The notes under the pieces are model-generated. The model ran no database searches. It worked only from the letters and a program-made list of their open reading frames with translations, and had not been told where the DNA came from. 64,000 nt of DNA from Dehalococcoidia bacterium (lineage in GTDB: Bacteria > Chloroflexota > Dehalococcoidia > Lucifugimonadales > UBA1127): positions 31,046 to 95,045 of the forward strand of contig CBDBGD010000006.1 of NCBI GenBank assembly GCA_965205235.1. Reading direction: 5' to 3'. This document shows positions 1 through 7,837 of this stretch, one piece after another; positions within the stretch are counted from its first letter, which is position 1, and the number at the start of each line of letters is the position of its first letter. The translations under genes were made by a program, and so were the position numbers.

Positions 1-13
1 CTTTCGCCACAGT

Positions 14-619
14 TCACGCCTTTCCTGAGAGGATGCGCTGCTCCCATATCTCCAGCACCCGCTGGCGAAGCCTCGCTCTGTCCTCCGCATTGTCGATGAT
101 GACCTGGGCATGCCGGGCCCGCTCACTCGCGGGCATCTGCGCACCTATGCGGGCATGCACCTCTTCCAACGGCAGGTGATTTCGGGCCAAGAGGCGCTGC
201 ACCACCTGATGCTCCGGGGCCGCCGTCATCCATACTTCGTCGACAAGGGGCGTCCATCCAGCCTCGATGATCAGGGCGCCCTCCAGCACCGCTGCGGGAG
301 CCTTCCCGGCCCGAATCTCTCGGATCTCGGCCTCCGCCATGGTATAGATCCGCGGATGCACGATGGCATTGAGACGTGCAAGGGCCGCCGGGTCGGCAAA
401 GACGATCGCTCCGAGCTTGCGCCGATCGATCTCTCCGCCGGGATGCAGTATCTCCTCGCCAAAGGCGGCCACAACCTCCCGCCACGTGTCCGTGCCAGGC
501 CGGTAGGCCCGGTGCGCCAGCTCGTCAGCACTGACTCGGACTGCACCCAACTCCTGGAGGAACTGGGCCACCTCACTCTTGCCGGTCCCTATGCCTCCCG
601 TGAGGCCGATGACAATCAT
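14..619 (-). CDS. coaE: dephospho-CoA kinase
   Basis: ORF 14..673(-). The internal N-terminus MIVIGLTGGIGTGKSEV is the canonical CoaE start with a P-loop. Start therefore placed at ATG 619, with AGGAGG just upstream. The 18-codon upstream extension is Arg/Gly-rich. Confidence 0.9.
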   Translation of the reverse strand: MIVIGLTGGIGTGKSEVAQFLQELGAVRVSADELAHRAYRPGTDTWREVVAAFGEEILHPGGEIDRRKLGAIVFADPAALARLNAIVHPRIYTMAEAEIREIRAGKAPAAVLEGALIIEAGWTPLVDEVWMTAAPEHQVVQRLLARNHLPLEEVHARIGAQMPASERARHAQVIIDNAEDRARLRQRVLEIWEQRILSGKA

Positions 620-735
620 CCGCCTCCTGTACACGGCCCGCGAGCTAGCACCTAACTCTACGCCCCGACGCATAGCGGGTCAAGGGTGTACGCACGTGGG
701 TTGTGCCCCCGGCGGGCGGCGACGAAGTTGCGATT

Positions 736-1365
736 TTAGACGACCCACCGGAGCAGGGCAGCCATGAGACCTCCGCTGACCAGCGGGACCGAGACGTTGT
801 CGTCGACGGGCAGGCGGAGGAGCTCGACGACGGCGGCAACGAGCGCTCCGACGGCGGCGGGCCAGAAGACGTCGAACGCGCCGGTCACCCAGAGCACGGC
901 GCTCACAACCAGGGCGACGCCGAGAAAAGCCAAACTGCCCTCAAGGGTCTTTCGCTGCGGACTGCCGGCGCCCACGGCCGGAAGTCGGAGCCTCCCGAAC
1001 CGTGAGCCCACCATCGCCGCGGCGGGGTCTCCCCAGGCGTGGAACAGGAGCGCCAGCGCCGCCACCGACGGGGGGTACAGGAGCAGGACGACAAACGAGG
1101 CACATACGAGGTAGGTCGCCCCGGTAATCCTCCCCTGCTCCTCAGCGGGGCGCATCATCCGTCCAAAGGCACCGACAAAGAGCCGGTTCACGCGAGGGGA
1201 GAGCCGACGCGCGAGCTCGGCCGCGACTATGGCAAGGGCGGCTGCGAAGGCCACGCCCTGCACCAGCGGAAGGGGAAGCACCAGCGCCCCCACGGGGAGA
1301 AGAGAGGCCGCCACGGCGTGGAAGGCCCGGCGCTCCAGGTGTATCGAGGCAGCGTCCGACGGCAC
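736..1365 (-). CDS. polytopic membrane protein of the CTP-dependent cytidylyltransferase / dolichol(phytol)-kinase-like family
   Basis: 209-aa ORF with several hydrophobic helices. It has a KTLEGS motif followed by a GDxAA-like region (WGDPAAAMVG), typical of the CdsA/dolichol kinase superfamily. Exact substrate cannot be called. Confidence 0.55.
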   Translation of the reverse strand: MPSDAASIHLERRAFHAVAASLLPVGALVLPLPLVQGVAFAAALAIVAAELARRLSPRVNRLFVGAFGRMMRPAEEQGRITGATYLVCASFVVLLLYPPSVAALALLFHAWGDPAAAMVGSRFGRLRLPAVGAGSPQRKTLEGSLAFLGVALVVSAVLWVTGAFDVFWPAAVGALVAAVVELLRLPVDDNVSVPLVSGGLMAALLRWVV

Positions 1366-1466
1366 GTCTGACGTTCTCCCCTCGCGGCCGATGTGCTGCG
1401 GTCAAGTATAGGATCGGGCATGCACCCAGACCAAGCTCCTGCGGCCCGCGCACGTCAGACTTTTGG

Positions 1467-1496
1467 TTGACTGGGCCAATTCCCCGCGACTACACT
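1467..1496 (+). promoter_or_regulatory. sigma-70-like promoter upstream of trxA
   Basis: TTGACT (1467-1472), 18-nt spacer, TACACT (1491-1496), about 80 nt upstream of the trxA ATG. Confidence 0.4.
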
Positions 1497-1576
1497 TGAG
1501 GGAGAGGAGCCCGTCGATACAACGCAGGTTTCTCGCGCTTTGGAGCTCAGTTCGCAACCGGGTGGAGGTTTCGTAG

Positions 1577-1909
1577 ATGGCTAACGTGATGCCGGTAACC
1601 GACGGCGAGTTTGAGAGCCAGGTCGTGCAGGCCGACGTGCCTGTGCTGGTGGACTTCTGGGCCGAGTGGTGCGGGCCTTGCAAGATGATCGCACCCATCG
1701 TGGAAGAGCTGTCCCAGGAGTACGACGGCCAGATCAGGTTCACCAAGATGGACGTGGACTCCAACCCCATGACGGCCGCATCGCTGGGCATTCGCAGCAT
1801 CCCCACGCTGCTCATCTTCCGGGGAGGCAAGCCCGTGGAGCAGGTGGTGGGGGCAGTACCCAAGGCCCTGCTCAAGAAGCGGCTGGAGTCGGCACTGGCA
1901 AAGGGCTAG
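1577..1909 (+). CDS. trxA: thioredoxin
   Basis: 110 aa with the WCGPC active site (FWAEWCGPCKMIAP) and thioredoxin length. GGAGG lies upstream of the ATG. Confidence 0.95.
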   Translation: MANVMPVTDGEFESQVVQADVPVLVDFWAEWCGPCKMIAPIVEELSQEYDGQIRFTKMDVDSNPMTAASLGIRSIPTLLIFRGGKPVEQVVGAVPKALLKKRLESALAKG

Positions 1910-1925
1910 CCCCGCCCGCACCCCT

Positions 1926-2020
1926 GGGAGTGAATGGGGCCCGGTGGCCCTTGCGGTCTTCAAAACCGTCGTGTCCGCGGTGAGCGGATAGGTGGGTTCG
2001 ACTCCCTCTCACTCCCGCCA
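1926..2020 (+). tRNA. selC: tRNA-Sec (anticodon TCA)
   Basis: Hand-folded:
- 8-bp acceptor stem, GGGAGTGA pairing with TCACTCCC.
- Discriminator G and an encoded CCA.
- 6-bp D stem (GGGGCC/GGCCCT) with a 4-nt loop.
- Anticodon stem GCGGT/ACCGT with loop CTTCAAA (anticodon TCA).
- Long variable arm (TCCGC-GGTGA-GCGGA).
- T loop TTCGACT.
The 8-bp acceptor plus 6-bp D stem is the bacterial tRNA-Sec hallmark. Confidence 0.85.
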
Positions 2021-2188
2021 TGCCGCGTGGGCCCAGCTATCGCCTACGGCCGCGAGGCCATTGCGATGCTCCCGGAGCAACCATGGGGCGACTATGCTGG
2101 GCCTTGTCCTTTGATGGGAGTCCTAAGAGCTTAGAAGCACAACAATCAGGCTAGACCCCAAGGTCACCACACTGGACAGGACAAGCAC

Positions 2189-2446
2189 CTAGACGGGGAA
2201 CCAATTGTTGCTAAGCCAGTGACGGCGGGGGGCATGTAGCCTCTCGTAGTAGTCATAGCCCGGGATCGTGATGGCGTAAGCGCTGGTGCCGACTTCCAAC
2301 AAAGCCCCAGAAGCGGTGAGCAGTCCAACAACCTCGTGGGTAATGGCTGGGTCCCCAAAGAAGACAGTAAGTGCGAACTGCTCTTCTCTCGGGTCCGCCA
2401 GCTTACCCAAGATCCTGAGGATTTCTTCGCGCAGTTCAGGTCGCAT
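2189..2446 (-). CDS. hypothetical small protein in a low-GC islet
   Basis: ORF 2189..2461(-). ATG at 2446 is preceded by GGAGGGAG at good spacing. 85 aa (MRPELREEILRILGKLADPREEQ...) with no recognisable motif. It lies in a ~0.4-kb stretch of visibly lower GC. Confidence 0.4.
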   Translation of the reverse strand: MRPELREEILRILGKLADPREEQFALTVFFGDPAITHEVVGLLTASGALLEVGTSAYAITIPGYDYYERLHAPRRHWLSNNWFPV

Positions 2447-2527
2447 CACTCCCTCCGCCAAGTATTGTTGCCCACTGCCCTAGAACACTTTGGTTCGGCA
2501 GCGTAGTTTGGCGATGCCCCGCGCGCA

Positions 2528-3298
2528 TCACCCACCCATGCTCGTCCGCGCCTCGTCGCACTGATGGTCCGTGCCGACGGGGTGCAGGAACGCCGTCTCG
2601 TCGGCGCGGAGCCGCTCCACCACGACGTCCACAATCGCCTGCGCCGGCGCGAGTCGCGCCTCCCCACGGCCGACGACCCCGCGCCGTTGCCGACCGGCCT
2701 CCTCCAGCCAGCCGTCCACCAGCGCGAACCGCTCGCAGCAGTGGTCGATCTCCTCGTAGTCGAACCGCGAGGGCACGCCGTCCCGGAGAACGGTGAGGCG
2801 CTTCCGCCGCCGGTACCGGACGCCGGCCAGGTATTCGGCGAGGTGGACCGTGGTGTCGGCGGTGTGGTCTACGCCGAGCAGCAGGACGTGACCGCTGAGC
2901 TCATGGACGCGGCCGACGGGGCTGTCGGGCCCGTGGGGCAGCGATAGCGGGTGCGGGGCAAGGATCCGCGCGGCCAGAGGGCCTGACGCGGCGAAAGCGT
3001 GAGGACTGTCGCTGCGAAGCACGTCGGGCAGCCGTCGGAAGGTGTCGGCGACAACGCCCATACCGACACACCGCGTGGTGTGCGGGTCGAAGGGGTGGTC
3101 ATCGTCATCGGACATGCTGGGCATGACCAGCGTGCCGTCGCGCCCGACGGCGGCCTGCAGCGCCGCGATCAGCCCCGACGGCCCGCCCTCGACCGGACCG
3201 ATCTTCGAGAAGGCCGTGTGGACCTGCAGGACCATACCCGCCTGCACGCCGAGGGCGCGTAGCTGCTCCGTCACAGCGTCGACGCTGAGGGGCTGCAC
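2528..3298 (-). CDS. aminoglycoside N3-acetyltransferase (AAC(3)) family protein
   Basis: The C-terminal ~255 aa of ORF 2528..3553(-) look like the AAC(3) family ([19 protein letters not shown]..., [18 protein letters not shown]). The long N-terminal extension overlaps the neighbouring VOC gene and is Arg/Pro-rich. Start therefore moved to in-frame GTG 3298. The start is uncertain. Confidence 0.75.
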   Translation of the reverse strand: MQPLSVDAVTEQLRALGVQAGMVLQVHTAFSKIGPVEGGPSGLIAALQAAVGRDGTLVMPSMSDDDDHPFDPHTTRCVGMGVVADTFRRLPDVLRSDSPHAFAASGPLAARILAPHPLSLPHGPDSPVGRVHELSGHVLLLGVDHTADTTVHLAEYLAGVRYRRRKRLTVLRDGVPSRFDYEEIDHCCERFALVDGWLEEAGRQRRGVVGRGEARLAPAQAIVDVVVERLRADETAFLHPVGTDHQCDEARTSMGG

Positions 3299-3318
3299 GG
3301 CTGTGGGCGACGGCGCGC

Positions 3319-3696
3319 CTAGTGCTCGCCGGGGAGGAGGAGCTGGAGGCGATGGCCGTCGGGGTCGTTGAAGTACAGGCAGTTGGGGTCGCCGGAGCGG
3401 CCGGAGACCGTGCACCCGTGCTCCTCCAACGCGGCCTTCACCGCCGCACGCTCGCCGCCGTCCAGCCGCAGCGCCATGTGGTTGAGCTCGACCCCGTTCG
3501 TGACTGACGCTCCGGCGGGGGCCTTGAACAGCGCCACGACCTGCTCGCCGCACCGGAGGAAGGTGTGGCCTCCGCCCTCATGGGCCACCGACATCCCCAG
3601 CACGCCCATGTAGAAGGCCTTGGACCGCTCCACGTCGGCCACGTGCAATACCACGTGGTCGATGCCCACCGTCTTGAGGCTGCTTGTCGTCGCCAT
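3319..3696 (-). CDS. VOC (glyoxalase/bleomycin-resistance/dioxygenase) family protein
   Basis: [18 protein letters not shown]... and NHMALRL... then DPDGHRLQL are typical paired beta-alpha-beta-beta-beta VOC motifs. ATG 3696 is preceded by GAGGAGG; the alternative GTG is at 3714. Confidence 0.8.
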   Translation of the reverse strand: MATTSSLKTVGIDHVVLHVADVERSKAFYMGVLGMSVAHEGGGHTFLRCGEQVVALFKAPAGASVTNGVELNHMALRLDGGERAAVKAALEEHGCTVSGRSGDPNCLYFNDPDGHRLQLLLPGEH

Positions 3697-3721
3697 TGGC
3701 TCCTCCTCTGTCACCCTAGTG

Positions 3722-4513
3722 TTACGTCGATTGCACTCCCAGCGCCTCGACCGTCTGCTCCTCGATGCCGGGCATGATCCAGACCGACGGCGCGCCTCCG
3801 GGCGGAGCGAAGGTCAGCCCCGGCTCGTCGGGCGAGACGCCGGTGATGGTGAGCTGCATCTGCTCCTCGTAGCGGACGTCGCCGTCGACGAGGCGGAAGG
3901 GCTGGTCGTGGCCGGGGTAGACGATGTCCGCCTCGTCCAGCACGCGGGCGATGCTCTTGTCGGCCTGCCGCTCGTTCCAGAACACGATGGGGTGCTTACG
4001 GGTGGTCGCCTGGCTTGCGTTCAGGACGACGTCCGCGGTGAGGATGCAGCGGCCGGCCTCGGTCTCCACGGCGAGGCAGATGCTGCCGGGCGAGTGGCCC
4101 GGCGTGTGGATGACCCGGACGCCCGGCTCGATCTCGTATCCCTCGTCCACCTCCGTCAGGCGGGGGTGGGTCTCCACCATCGCGCCGGTCCAACGGGGTG
4201 TCGACCAGTCGTTGGGGTGGGGGTGCTGAGCGTATCGCCGCTCCCAGGGGTGGATGAGGAGCGGGGCGTGCTCGAAGAGGTCAAAGTTCTGGTTGTGGTC
4301 CCAGTGCGCGTGGCTCATCACCGCGACGTCGATGTCGGCGGGGGTGAGGCCGCGGCGTTCGAGGGCCGCGAGCAGGGCCGTGCGCCGCCCCACGTGGCCG
4401 ACGTCGACGAGGGTGCGCTTCTGCCCGGTGACCATGATGATGCTGCAGAAGCCGGGGATGCCGGAGTCGGTGCCGAAGCGGTAGCCGTGCAGGAGAATGT
4501 CAACGGTGGGCAT
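3722..4513 (-). CDS. MBL-fold metallo-hydrolase (lactonase-like)
   Basis: 263 aa with the metal-binding motif HAHWDHN, a later HTPGHSPGS, and a C-terminal GHD. AAGGAG lies 6 nt upstream of the ATG. Confidence 0.85.
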   Translation of the reverse strand: MPTVDILLHGYRFGTDSGIPGFCSIIMVTGQKRTLVDVGHVGRRTALLAALERRGLTPADIDVAVMSHAHWDHNQNFDLFEHAPLLIHPWERRYAQHPHPNDWSTPRWTGAMVETHPRLTEVDEGYEIEPGVRVIHTPGHSPGSICLAVETEAGRCILTADVVLNASQATTRKHPIVFWNERQADKSIARVLDEADIVYPGHDQPFRLVDGDVRYEEQMQLTITGVSPDEPGLTFAPPGGAPSVWIMPGIEEQTVEALGVQST

Positions 4514-4610
4514 GGCAACTCCTTCGATCGGTTTCGGCTTTGGGGCGTCATCCTACCACGGGCGACAGGGGCGGGACAGCCTGCGTCCCGGTGAGGGCGA
4601 AGTCTTCACC

Positions 4611-4640
4611 TTGACACTCGCGAAAGCGGCTGCCTAGACT
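4611..4640 (+). promoter_or_regulatory. sigma-70-like promoter upstream of the 4672 gene
   Basis: TTGACA (4611-4616), 18-nt spacer, TAGACT (4635-4640), about 30 nt before the ATG at 4672. Confidence 0.4.
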
Positions 4641-4671
4641 CGCGCCAACCACAGGTGACGAAAGGAGCGGG

Positions 4672-5340
4672 ATGCGACTCATCCTGACCGGCTGCGAGTA
4701 CGCGGGCACGACGACCCTGGTGAACAACATCTGCGACTGGCTGGAACGGGCCATGGGGACGCCCGCAAGCCCGCACGACCACTTTAAGTTCCCGGACCTC
4801 TCCCACGCCTCGCTGACGGCCGAGGAGCAGGAGCAGCTCCTGGGCCTGAGCCCGCTGCTCAAGGAGCAGTACCAGCGCTACCACGTCGACTACCACGTCG
4901 GCGACCAGTTCTACCGGGAGGCGGCGCACCACATCGTGGTTGGACTGCACTTTGACGAGGCGGTGTACGCGCCGCTCTACTACGGCTACGGCGGCGTTGG
5001 GGCGCCCTTCGACCGTCGGCTACTGGCCCGGCAGGTGGAGAGCCGGCTGATGGAGGTGGCGCCGGACACGGTGGTGGTGCTGGTGAAGGCGTCGCCGCAG
5101 GTCATCGCCCAGCGCATGCGGGAGGTGCCGCACCCCCACGGCCTGCTCCGAGAGGAGGACATCGAGGCGGTGCTGGGGCGCTTCGAGGACGAATACAACC
5201 AGTCAGTGCTACGCCACAAGTTCGAATTGGACACGAGCGAGGCCACGCCGGAGGAGACGCTGGCCGAGTTCCAACGCCAGGTTACGCCCTACCTCAGTGA
5301 CGGCGACCGCCTACGACTGCTCGCGCATGGGGGTGGTTAG
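4672..5340 (+). CDS. nucleoside/nucleotide-kinase-fold (NadR/AAA_28-like) protein with a degenerate Walker A
   Basis: 222 aa. The N-terminus MRLILTGCEYAGTTTLVNNI has P-loop geometry (GxxxxG-T-T), but Thr replaces the Walker-A Lys. It resembles the NadR ribosylnicotinamide-kinase-type start (GGESSGKSTL). A good RBS (AAAGGAG) is present. Confidence 0.5.
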   Translation: MRLILTGCEYAGTTTLVNNICDWLERAMGTPASPHDHFKFPDLSHASLTAEEQEQLLGLSPLLKEQYQRYHVDYHVGDQFYREAAHHIVVGLHFDEAVYAPLYYGYGGVGAPFDRRLLARQVESRLMEVAPDTVVVLVKASPQVIAQRMREVPHPHGLLREEDIEAVLGRFEDEYNQSVLRHKFELDTSEATPEETLAEFQRQVTPYLSDGDRLRLLAHGGG

Positions 5341-5355
5341 GGAGAACGCCTGCGC

Positions 5356-5934
5356 TCAGCTTTGCAGGATACGCAGAAGCTCCTCGCGCAACGTCGGGGT
5401 GACCTCCGTCCACGCCTGGTAGGCGGGGTGGTCGATGACGATGTGGGCCTGCATGTCCGCGTCTTCGAGCGCGGCGGCGGCCTCGGGCGAGACGGGGAAG
5501 CGGAGGTAGTGGACGCTGCTGGTGGTCTCGGCGGTGCTGCGCCCCCCCTCGCCGCTACCCGCCACGACGACGGCGCCGACGCGGATGCTCACAGCGTGCT
5601 CGATGCCCACGAGCTGTGGCAGCCGCCGGCGCAACTCCGCCTGGTCCGTGATCTCGAGGAGGAGCGTAGCGACAAGCTCTCCGTCCTGGGGCACGAGGGA
5701 GTTGTAGGTGTCGAGCTCCGTCTGGACGCCCTCTGCCGAGGTGATGCTCTCGGCGCGCATCATCTCCTGGACCTGGTAGAGGAGCGTGCGGCGCTCCTCG
5801 AACGCCAGGGAGACGATGGGGCCAAGGATGACGCGGAGCCGCCCGCGCAGGGCGATCATCGCGGGCTGGGTGTCCGGCCTACGCCGCTCGTACTCGGGCA
5901 GGGGGAGAACTTCCTCGTAGGCGATCTTGTCCAT
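5356..5934 (-). CDS. DUF3501-family protein
   Basis: The C-terminal 192 aa of ORF 5356..6090(-), starting MDKIAYEEVLPLPEYERRRPD..., are as I recall DUF3501. The ATG at 5934 lies 7 nt after the upstream Fe-S gene stop. The gene context (rubrerythrin plus CCG Fe-S protein) fits that family. Confidence 0.7.
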   Translation of the reverse strand: MDKIAYEEVLPLPEYERRRPDTQPAMIALRGRLRVILGPIVSLAFEERRTLLYQVQEMMRAESITSAEGVQTELDTYNSLVPQDGELVATLLLEITDQAELRRRLPQLVGIEHAVSIRVGAVVVAGSGEGGRSTAETTSSVHYLRFPVSPEAAAALEDADMQAHIVIDHPAYQAWTEVTPTLREELLRILQS

Positions 5935-5941
5935 GGGGCTC

Positions 5942-7186
5942 CTACAGGCCGTAGGCTCGCTTGACGACCTCGATGGGGTGGAGGGCCTCCCGACCCGTGC
6001 CCTGCTCGATCTGGAGGGCGGCCAGGGAGCAGTCGGTGACGACGAGGTTGGCATCGGCGTCGTTGATGCCCTCGAAGAGGCGGCGCGCAACGCGCATGCC
6101 CATGTCGTAGAACTTGGCCTTCATGCCCCACGTGCCGTCGTGGCCGGAGCAGCCCCGGTCGACGAAGTGGACGGTGGCGCCGGGGATGGCGCCGAGAAGC
6201 TGGGCCGTCAGGTTGCCCATCTGCTGGTGTCGCAGGTGGCAGGGCATGTGGTAGGCGATGCTGCCCGGCGCCCAAGTGAAGTCGGTCTCCAGCCTGCCCT
6301 CCTTGTGGAGCTTGAGGAGGAACTCGCTGATGTCGTAGGTGTTCTCGGCGACGGTGCGGGCCTCCGAGGTCTCCAGCAGACGCGGGTACTCCTTCTTGAG
6401 CATCATGCCGCAGGTGGGCTCCGGGACGACGACGGCATAGCCGTCCTCCACCCACGGGAGGAGCGCGGCCACGTTGCGCTCCATGAGGCCCATGGCGTGC
6501 TCCAGCTGCCCCATGTCGACGTAGGGCATGCCGCAGTCGCGCTGGGGCGGCAGGGCCACCTGGACGCCGTTGTGCTCCAAGACCTGCACGGCCGCCGCGC
6601 CGATGTCGGGCCGGTTGTGGTTCACCATGCAGGAGTGGAAGAAGGCGACCTTGCCATTGCGAGCCTGTGTCTCCAAGGGGGTGCGGGACCGGAACCACTT
6701 GGCGAAGGTCTGCCAGTGGAAGCGGGGGAGGATGGCCCGGCGGTCTATCCCGAGGGTCTTCTCCAGGAGGAGGCGCGCCGGCGGAAGACTGTTGGCCGCG
6801 TTGACCAGTGGGGCCGTGATACGTCCCAGGCCGCCGACGCGCTCCACGTCACCGACGATGCGGTCGCGGAGGGGGACGCCTTCCTCCTTCGCTCGGACGG
6901 CCTTGGCGCGCCGGAGGAGGTCGGGGACGTCCATCTGCCACTCGTGAGGCGGGGTATAGGGGCAGCGGAGGAAGCAGAGCTCGCAGAGGAAGCAGAGCTC
7001 GGTGACGCGGTTGACGTCGGCCATCGTGAGGTCGGCGGCCTCGCCGTCATGGTCGTCGATGGCGTCGAACATGGCGGGGAAGCTGGGGCAGAAGGTGACG
7101 CAGAGGCGGCACGTGCCGCAGACGTCGAACTGGCGCAGGGCCTCCTGGTGCAGGGCCCCGCTGTCCCAGAAGTCGGGGGAAGGCAC
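5942..7186 (-). CDS. (Fe-S)-binding CCG-domain oxidoreductase (GlpC / heterodisulfide-reductase-related)
   Basis: 414 aa with two ferredoxin-like Cys clusters near the N-terminus (CGTCRLCVTFCP, CFLCELCFLRCP). Two CCG-type Cys motifs follow (HSCMVNH..., PEPTCG, HMPCHL, DRGCSGHDG). GTG start has GGAGG 6 nt upstream. Confidence 0.85.
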   Translation of the reverse strand: MPSPDFWDSGALHQEALRQFDVCGTCRLCVTFCPSFPAMFDAIDDHDGEAADLTMADVNRVTELCFLCELCFLRCPYTPPHEWQMDVPDLLRRAKAVRAKEEGVPLRDRIVGDVERVGGLGRITAPLVNAANSLPPARLLLEKTLGIDRRAILPRFHWQTFAKWFRSRTPLETQARNGKVAFFHSCMVNHNRPDIGAAAVQVLEHNGVQVALPPQRDCGMPYVDMGQLEHAMGLMERNVAALLPWVEDGYAVVVPEPTCGMMLKKEYPRLLETSEARTVAENTYDISEFLLKLHKEGRLETDFTWAPGSIAYHMPCHLRHQQMGNLTAQLLGAIPGATVHFVDRGCSGHDGTWGMKAKFYDMGMRVARRLFEGINDADANLVVTDCSLAALQIEQGTGREALHPIEVVKRAYGL

Positions 7187-7296
7187 CGGCTATCCTCCTG
7201 CGCAGGTGGGCGTGGGCCGTGGACGAGGCCGCTTACGACACCGACCGTCCTGCACGGCGGGGCCGAGAAGGACGGCCGGCGAACATGGCCGCGGTG

Positions 7297-7725
7297 CTAG
7301 GCGCCCAGCCCCTCCAGGCCCTTGGTGAAGCGGCCGGCGTGGGAGCGCTCGGCGCGGGCGAGGGTCTCCAGCCAGTCGGCGATCTCCGGGAATCCCTCGT
7401 CGCGGGCGGTGCGGGCGAAGCCGGGGTACATCTCGGTGTACTCGAAGGTCTCGCCGGCGATGGCGGACTGGAGGTTGGCGGCGGTGTCGCCCACGGGGAC
7501 CTCGGTGACGGGGTCACCGACCTCCTTGAGGAAGTCGAAGTGCCCAAAGGCGTGGCCGGTCTCGCCTTCGCCAACGGAGCGGAAGAGGGCTGCGATCTCC
7601 GGCTGGCCCTCGACGTCTGCGACGCGGGCGAAGTAGTTGTAGCGGCGGTTGGCCTGGGACTCTCCTGCAAAAGCGTCCTTGAGGTTCTGGTGGGTCTGGC
7701 TGCCCTTGAGCGGCCTGCTAGCCAT
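7297..7725 (-). CDS. rubrerythrin-family ferritin-like di-iron protein (no rubredoxin domain)
   Basis: 142 aa from ATG 7725, with GGAGGAG upstream. ExxH-type di-iron ligand motifs are present ([45 protein letters not shown]). This is the only credible part of the 757-aa ORF 7297..9570. Confidence 0.9.
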   Translation of the reverse strand: MASRPLKGSQTHQNLKDAFAGESQANRRYNYFARVADVEGQPEIAALFRSVGEGETGHAFGHFDFLKEVGDPVTEVPVGDTAANLQSAIAGETFEYTEMYPGFARTARDEGFPEIADWLETLARAERSHAGRFTKGLEGLGA

Positions 7726-7837
7726 GGCGTACTCCTCCAGTGCACGGTGTTTACGGCGCACCCCGTATTGTAGAGGAGGGAGGGCGAGCAAGCAACGGGG
7801 AGGGGCAGGCGCGCACCCTCCGCGGCTGCCGAAGCGA

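Noticed and set aside
2447-2461. A possible attR-like direct repeat of the tRNA-Sec 3' end (TCACTCCCTCCGCCA against TCACTCCCGCCA).
   Set aside because: Only 8+4 matching bases, interrupted by an insertion. The sequence is also the reverse complement of the RBS and start region of the small ORF at 2189..2446. No integrase is present. It is mentioned in the selC finding as a weak hint only, not annotated.
2528-3553. The full 341-aa version of the AAC(3)-like ORF.
   Set aside because: The first ~85 codons are Arg/Pro/Gly-rich and overlap the well-supported VOC gene (3319-3696) on the same strand. The acetyltransferase homology starts only near residue 90. The start was therefore trimmed to GTG 3298.
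1926-7725. Search for selenoprotein genes (in-frame TGA with downstream hairpin) near tRNA-Sec, including the thioredoxin, CCG Fe-S and rubrerythrin genes.
   Set aside because: All recognisable genes here read through as intact ORFs with Cys at the expected redox positions. I saw no pair of same-frame ORFs separated by a single TGA that would restore a known family. A genome-wide SECIS search is needed.
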